Position numbers and translations under genes: made by a program. From the human T2T-CHM13v2.0 reference genome, Homo sapiens: DNA of 64,000 nucleotides. The DNA lies in the NCBI RefSeq assembly GCF_009914755.1, contig NC_060938.1. One strand, given 5' to 3'. Every line of letters begins with the position of its first letter. The stretch's first letter is position 1. Below, in pieces: positions 52,850 to 64,000 of the stretch. The notes beneath the pieces are model-generated. The model searched no databases, had not been told where the DNA came from, and saw only the letters and a list, made by a program, of their open reading frames with translations.

Positions 52850-52970
52850 GGAACGAAAAGGAAGTGGGAACTTCTCTGAAAGTGAAAGTATGGGGTCCTG
52901 GTGGAGGGTAGGGCTGTGGGTGGGGCCGGGTGGGCCTGGCAGGCGCTGACCATGGCTGGGAAGTCCCAGC
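52850..52970 (+). promoter_or_regulatory. EXOC3L4: Candidate cytokine-responsive proximal promoter of EXOC3L4
   Basis: ETS AAAGGAAGTG (~52857-52866), GAS TTCTCTGAA (52872-52880), ISRE/IRF-E GAAAGTGAAAGT (52878-52889), NF-kB GGGAAGTCCC (52958-52967). Confidence 0.65.
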
Positions 52971-52975
52971 TGTTG

Positions 52976-53091
52976 GTCACTCGCTCAGGCTGCTCTAGAG
53001 GCCCCATAGCCAGGGCCCGGCTCTGAGGGCCCCACGGGCCAGCTTCTCAGGGGGCTGTGTTCTTCCTGGGCCAAGGCTGCGTGCTCAGCAG
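52976..53091 (+). other. EXOC3L4: Probable non-coding first exon of EXOC3L4 (5' end approximate)
   Basis: Strong donor CAG|GTATGT at 53091/53092 just downstream of the motif cluster. The ATG exon has an acceptor 16 nt before the ATG, which implies an upstream UTR exon. Confidence 0.6.
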
Positions 53092-53959
53092 GTATGTTCT
53101 GGGCAGGTGGAGCAGGAGGGCATGGGGTGCTGTGGGCGGGCTTGAGGACCATTCCGGCTCTGCGTGTGGCCTTCCAGGCCAAGGGCCTCACTCAGAGCCC
53201 AGGCCGACCAGGCCAGAGGGCCAGCGCAAATCACAGTGGACACACACACACCCGATACACAGGCAGACACACTCAGGTAGAAAGCACAGATAGACAGACA
53301 CAGAAGACACCAAGATGGGCATGCAGGCACAGACACAGACTCAGAAGCACTGGCAGACCCTCTGGGGACACTCCAGGGCAGAGTCATGCACATACAGGGA
53401 GACACTCTCAGGCCAACACACAGATGTGCAAAACCGACGCCCAGAAAAGTGTGTATATGCCCGCGCGCTCAAGCTCAGGCATCAGATTCACTTTCCTGGT
53501 TTCCCCGGGAAAGTGCCGAGTACTAGCCATGGCTGGGGGCTGAGTCAGGCTCACTCCCTGCCTTGCGGGTCTCCTGGTCTCCAGGCTCTGTAACTGTCCC
53601 TCCGTCATGGCAGGTGTGCCCAGGGCTGGGATCAGGCCCACAGCAGGAGGTGCCGAACATGGTATGGGCTCAGCTGGTCCGGGAAGGCTTCTTGGGGGAG
53701 GAGCCATTTCTGCTGAGCCTTCAATGAGTTGACAACTGAAGAAGGAGGGGCTGAGGTCATTGTAGGCAGAGAGGATGGCCTGTGCAAAGGTGTGGAGGAG
53801 AGGTGGGTACTTCTGAGTGATCAGAGTGAGGGAATGAGTTGGGACTGAAGCCAGAGGGGTCATTAGGAGAGGCCTTGAATGCCAAGCTAAGGATGGAGCT
53901 GTGCTTCTTCCGAGGGCAGCAGCGGCTCAGGGGGCTTATGCTTTGTTGCTACTGTGAAG

Positions 53960-55066
<1,107 letters not shown>

Positions 55067-56679
55067 GGCAAGATTCTTATGACTGATCCGAGGAGGCAGC
55101 ATTGAGGGGGCCTGGGAAGGAAAGCAGCTCGGAGGCTGTGATCAGGTGAAGGTGGATGGCAGGTGGGGAAGTGAGAGGGGACAAGCCCCGCACAGGGCTT
55201 CGGCCCAGGGCACAGTACAGGCAGTCACCTGCAAGAGGCTCCTTTGGAGCGTTGAGGAGTGGAGCGATGGTCCAGTCCCAGCGTAGTTGGGGAGGCTGGG
55301 GAGTGGGTGAGCACTGCAGAGTGATTGGGAGGATGAGGAGCAGCTACAGGAGGGAAGGTCTAGGGGAAAGCGGGGAGTAGAAGCTGAGGCTGGGGGTAGG
55401 GAGGGTGGGGAAGTTCGGACTTGACTTCTCGGACACAGCTAGGGTGGCCCAGGGTGGGAGCTCTCAGTGACTGCGTCTCTGGGTGGTTTCTTGCCCCTGC
55501 TGCTGGCCCCACAAAGGGTGTATTAGCCTGACCTGGGGAGAGTGGGACCCGGGGCTCAGGCCGGGCGTCAGTCTCTGGGGCCTTGCAATCAGGGAGCGGC
55601 AGCATAGGAGCCGGGGCCCCCTGGACTCTCCGGGCACTGGGGACAGAGAGACGCAGAGAGAAAAGAGAGCCAGAGAGAGTCCATGGGGGTGTGGGGAGGC
55701 AGGCACAGGGACAGGCCAGGCGAGAGCCTTGGGAGGTGGAGGGGGGAGTTGAGAGGGGCCTTCAGGTCTCAGCCCCGCAGGCGCCAGCATGGCAGCAGGC
55801 AGGCCAGCCGGGGGTGGCAGGGCGACCCTGATACCGATGTTCCGCCTGCTTCCAGGCTGTGCTCAGGGGTGACCGGGGTAGATGGACAGAGGCTGCCAGC
55901 CCAGTGCAGGAGGGCCACATCATCACAGGGACAGTGCCGAGTACCCACTGAGCAGATAGATGGTGACGGCCGGTGGTGCAAGGCATCTGAACCCCGAGGT
56001 CCTGAAACCCAAGTCAGGTTTGGAGAACAAACAGGGGCCAGGAAAGGGAATGGCCGGAGGGGAAGCTGGAGGCTGGGCGTGCAGCCGGGAGGACAGAGAA
56101 GAAGCTGGGTGGGGTGCAGGTTGTCCGTGAACCCCAGGGGAAGCTGGTGAGGTGTCATCAGCGGGAGGTGGGGGGTGGAGGAAGGAGGTTCCAGGATGGA
56201 TGCCCGGCTGTGGGGCTCGGGCAGGAGGGAACCATGGAAGGGCTTAAAGCAGGGGAGTGACCTGGCTGGACTTTTGCTTTGGGAAGGTCGAGAATAGCTT
56301 GGGAAGCTGTTGGGAGCTGCAGGGTCGAAGGTGGCATGGCTGGAGGCTGAGGGGCCATCTGGGGACCTCACTGGCCCTTCAGCGAAGTTCTGGTTTGGGA
56401 CAAAAGCAGGCTGAGTGACCCCCAAGCCTCTGCCTATGTAACCTCCTAAGAGATTCACCGCACAGCTGCCCCTCCTTACCCGGCGCTCGTCTGGGCTTCC
56501 TGGGAGAGAACCTCCACATCTGACCCCACTCTGGGACCTGCTGACACCTTGGGTCTCTCCGCCGGGAGGGGAGCTTCTGGGCGGCAGTTCTGAGTCCCTG
56601 GGGGTGGAGACGTGGCAGGTCCCGCCTCTGCTCCCAGCTCCAAGCAGGCTCCCCAGCCTGAGTGCGCGGCCAGGGGCAG

Positions 56680-56810
56680 ACTCTGTCCCTCTGTGAGCCT
56701 CAGGTTCCTCATCTGTGAAATGGGCAAATGACAACCCCTAACTTTGATGTCACAGTAGCTGATCTGTGTCAGGCATCGAGCTGGGCACACAGTAGGTGCT
56801 TACTAAGTGT
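56680..56810 (+). mobile_element. MIR fragment (similar pieces at ~30890-30960, ~32690-32790, ~59660-59760)
   Basis: MIR core ctctgtgagcctcaggttcctcatctgtgaaatggg...ctgggcacacagtaggtgct. Confidence 0.75.
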
Positions 56811-58345
56811 GAGTTCTCCCAAACAAGAAGGCGGGGCCTGGCTTGTCCTTCCCCACATCCCCGCCTCCGTCCTCTTGACAGCGGTGGATGCAGCATGTGC
56901 TGAACCGTTCTCTTCACAACACCCCTGCCCTGCTGGGCGCCGGCCCCCATGCCAAGCATGAAGGGGCACCGGGGAGAGAGAAGCGAGTGGAGGCTGGGAC
57001 AGATGGTGCCCTGAAGTGTGGGTCAAGTCCGAATCAGGCAGGGTCCCTGAACCCTGGCGCTGGGGGAAGTCGCCGACCTGTGGCCAGGGCGGGGCTGATA
57101 AAGCTCCATCAATCACTTGACTGTCTCTCCTTCCTCGGGCCTCCATCCAGCTGCTTAGCCGCCTCTGGGAACCTCAAGGAAGGTAGGTAGGCTGCAGCTG
57201 GGCCCAGCAGGCACCTTGCTGGAGGGCGAGGGTGGGTGGGGGTCTGGGCCCTGCCCACTTTGGTGTCATTCCACCGCAGCAAACTGGGGCCTGGGGAGGC
57301 ACACTTCCTGCCCGATGTCACCCAAGGGTTGGGTGGTGGGTCAGGCGGGTGCTTTGGTCCTGGCACCTGGGTGGGGGGCCCTGGGGCTGGGCTAGGGGCA
57401 GGTCCAGCCCTTCTTTGGCCCCAGTTTCTCCCAGAGGAAAGTGAGGTTTTGCTGGCCTAATGCCCTCCCCCACCCATGGCCCAGCTTGTGCAATGGGGTG
57501 GGTGGGAGGCCCCTCCCCTCTCCCAACCTAAAGCCAGGAAAGCAAACACAGCTCCTAACGCTGGAAGGGGGTGTGGGTGGAGCCTGGCAGGCCACGGTGC
57601 CGAGGGCCCTGGGGGAGCAGGAGCAGCCGCAGCTCAGCCACCCCCATGTCCCTGGGACACCCCCTCCATTCCCTGTGTTGGGGAGGGGCCAGAGCATGCT
57701 ATGGTGGAGAGGGAGAGGAGTGGGGGGAGGAGGAGAGGCAATGGGTGGGAAACAGCATTGAGAACCCCCCCAGTCCCTGGTTAAATATAGACCCGAGGCT
57801 CCTCCTTCTGCCGCCCCTGTGGCTGCATGGCCATGATAAGCCGCAGGGTGGCCTTGGCCACTGCCCTCAGGCCCCACACCTCCTCGGCGGGCTCTGTGAC
57901 ACCCAGGGAAGGGGGTGGGCTCCCATGGGGGTCCCTGCCCTCCCCGTTGAGCCAAAGTAGTCAGGCCTTTTGGGCTGAAGGCGGGTGAGCTGAGGGACCT
58001 GGAGGGCAGTGAAGGAGCTGGTGGGGGCTGGGGGGAGGGTTTTAGGCCTCAGGACCTAACATCTGGGAAGGCCTAGATGTGGCTGCTGGTCCTGCCCTCG
58101 GGTGTTGTGAGCTGTGGTCTGGACTGGGCCCCAGAACTGCATGTCAGTGCCCTCCTCCAATTCTAATGGGAGGGTCTGGCCTGGCAGAGGCCGAGTGACG
58201 GTGGGCACCTGCGGAGACCCTTTTTGGGGGATGGTCTCAGGAAAGGCTCCTGATGGAAGCAGCTGTCTATATCTCCGTGCCCAGCTGCGGCCTGGCACAC
58301 TGAGGGCTCTCGCCAAGAGAGTGGCCTGGTGATGCTTCCTTTTGA

Positions 58346-59617
<1,272 letters not shown>

Positions 59618-60134
59618 CTGGACAATTGCACTTTAAATTCTTGCAGCATCTCTGCAATGGGAGCCCCCCCATTGGGCAGATAAGAAAAGTGAGGCTCAGA
59701 GAGGTGGAGTGACTTGCCTCAAGTCTCACAGCGTGGAGAATGGGACCTGAACCCAGATATGCATGGCCCTAGATCCCCACCTCTCCATGGCCTTTCACAG
59801 CCTGGCTCCTGGTCAAACTAGGGCCATGCACACAGCTGATCACAGGGTTGCAGAGGGTGCAAGGCTCGCAGAGGTACCAGGAGGGGAGGTCAGGGGGATT
59901 GCCCAGAGGAGGATACACTGGGGTGGGAAGAGGGGGACATGGAGGTGGAGAGCTCTTGTCGGGTGGAGGCTGGCGGAGAGTGGGGAGCAGCAGGAATGTA
60001 AAGCTGGACACGGGCAGGACACGCCCTGCCTGAGCTCCGACCCTATTAGACCTGCAATCAGGGCTGAGCATGAGGCTATCAGGTCCGGCTCAGCCGGGAG
60101 TGGAAGGTGGGTGTGGGATCCAGGCGGAAGGTAG

Positions 60135-61040
<906 letters not shown>

Positions 61041-61349
61041 TGAGTCTCGGCCAGGGCGCCCAGTGGCGAGGACAGCTGCCGCTTCCTCCGCAGGCCTTGG
61101 GGAGCCGGCTTTGAGGAGCACCGGACCTTTCTTCTCTGTTCCCTCCCTGGGAGAGGGCTGAGAGCCGAGGGCTTCGACATGCTTTCCTCGGCGGGTTAGG
61201 CCGTGGGGCGCTCCCGCCCCAGGTTTTCTAGGGGTCACCCATACACAGTCCCAGAATTTGAAAAGTTTCCGCGGGGAGGTTCCCATGGGAGCAGGGCCTG
61301 TGCTGGTTCCACCAGGTGCCTTTGGGCGCATCAGAAAAGGGCACATCTT

Positions 61350-61851
<502 letters not shown>

Positions 61852-61942
61852 TTAAATTGCTCCTTAAATTGTGTGGGGTCAGACCCGTGTCCGCCCTGCT
61901 GTGGGCCTCCGTGCTGCGGGTTGGAGGGTGGCCGATTCCTGA

Positions 61943-62695
<753 letters not shown>

Positions 62696-62896
62696 TGAGA
62701 AGGGGCGTCTGTTCAAGCCTCACGCACACGGTGGCGATTTCCAGAACGAATTCCTATCCAGTCCCAACCAACCCTTCCGTTAGATGGGAGCCTGAGGCCC
62801 CACGCGGGGGGAAATCGGGGACCCCCGGCGCGCCGACGGGCAGGGAGGCTGCTGGATGGGAGTTTGCGGGAGTTGACTCTCCGGTTGGGCGGCTGA

Positions 62897-63202
<306 letters not shown>

Positions 63203-63205
63203 TGA

Positions 63206-63358
<153 letters not shown>

Positions 63359-63390
63359 TAGGGCTCGCCCGCTCCTGTGCGGGCGCAGCG

Positions 63391-63407
63391 TGGCCAGCAG
63401 GGGGCGC
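63391..63407 (+). promoter_or_regulatory. Consensus CTCF motif
   Basis: TGGCCAGCAGGGGGCGC matches the CTCF core CCASYAGRKGGCRS at every position. Confidence 0.75.
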
Positions 63408-63434
63408 GCGAGCGCCGGGAACCTGGATGGAGGG

Positions 63435-63765
63435 GAGTGCGCGCGCGTGGAGGGGGCAGAGGTGAGGAGTGTGTGTGTGTGTTTGTGTCTGTGTGTTGGT
63501 GGATCTGAGGGGTGTGTGTGCGTGTGTGTGTAGCAGAGTTGGGGGGTGTGTGTGCGTGTGTGATGGAGCTGAGGGTGTGTGCCTGTGTGTGCATGCGTGG
63601 AGAGCTGAGGCTGTGTGTGTGCGTGTTTGGCAGAGCTGAGGGCTGTGTGTGTGTGTGTGTGTGTGTGTTGGAGCTAAGAGGTGTTTATGCATGTGCGTGT
63701 AGGGGTGGAGCTGAGTGGTGTGTGTGTGTCAGAGCCTAGATGCGTGTGTCTTGTGTGTGTGTGTC
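63435..63765. repeat. Degenerate (GT)n region punctuated by (A/G)GAGCTGAG modules
   Basis: GT runs alternate with gagctgag/gatctgag/gagctaag spacers. Confidence 0.85.
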
Positions 63766-64000
63766 CATCCGAGCAGGGGCCCTGGGGGAGTGTGGATGGC
63801 TCTTCAAGGCTGAGCAGAGGCCGAGGGGTTCCAGCTCCCTGCCTGCTGCCCTGGGCTCCATTTTTCCCTCCCTTCATCCCAGGCAGCATTTCTTCCATCT
63901 TGGGACACCTCCTTCTCTGGGAAGCCTCCCTCAGCCTGCACCCTGGGCTTTGCTGGGGTGAGGTCTGGGTCTCTGTGTCCCCAGAAGGCAGACGCCCTCC

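Noticed and set aside
55769-56734. 321-aa minus-strand ORF
   Set aside because: Starts in a MIR (HFTDEEPEAHRG), is antisense and intronic to EXOC3L4, and has no domain signal.

Overview
Primate, almost certainly human, euchromatic and Alu-dense DNA. Gene order CDC42BPB(-) / LBHD2(+) / EXOC3L4(+) matches human 14q32.3 from recall. Contents: (1) the 3' part of an RPL13 processed pseudogene inside CDC42BPB intron 1; (2) CDC42BPB (MRCK-beta) first coding exon with its CpG-island promoter on the minus strand; (3) about 26 kb of repeat-rich intergenic DNA with old L1, ERVL, Tigger3a and MER58A remnants, several VNTRs and an orphan CpG island; (4) the complete small gene LBHD2, a 108-aa ORF that appears only after splicing three short exons; (5) a probable non-coding first exon and six coding exons of EXOC3L4, truncated by the window end. 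There are no rRNA, tRNA or CRISPR features, and I cannot support a wholly new biological system. The most notable observations are an L1-mobilised HERV-W processed fragment with intact hallmarks in EXOC3L4 intron 1, a compact ETS/GAS/ISRE/NF-kB cassette at the EXOC3L4 promoter, an in-frame 3-codon uORF that mimics the CDC42BPB start, a calcineurin-docking-like motif in LBHD2, and apparent gene conversion between two nearby Alus. Gene and repeat names come from recognition, not database searches. Repeat boundaries are approximate.
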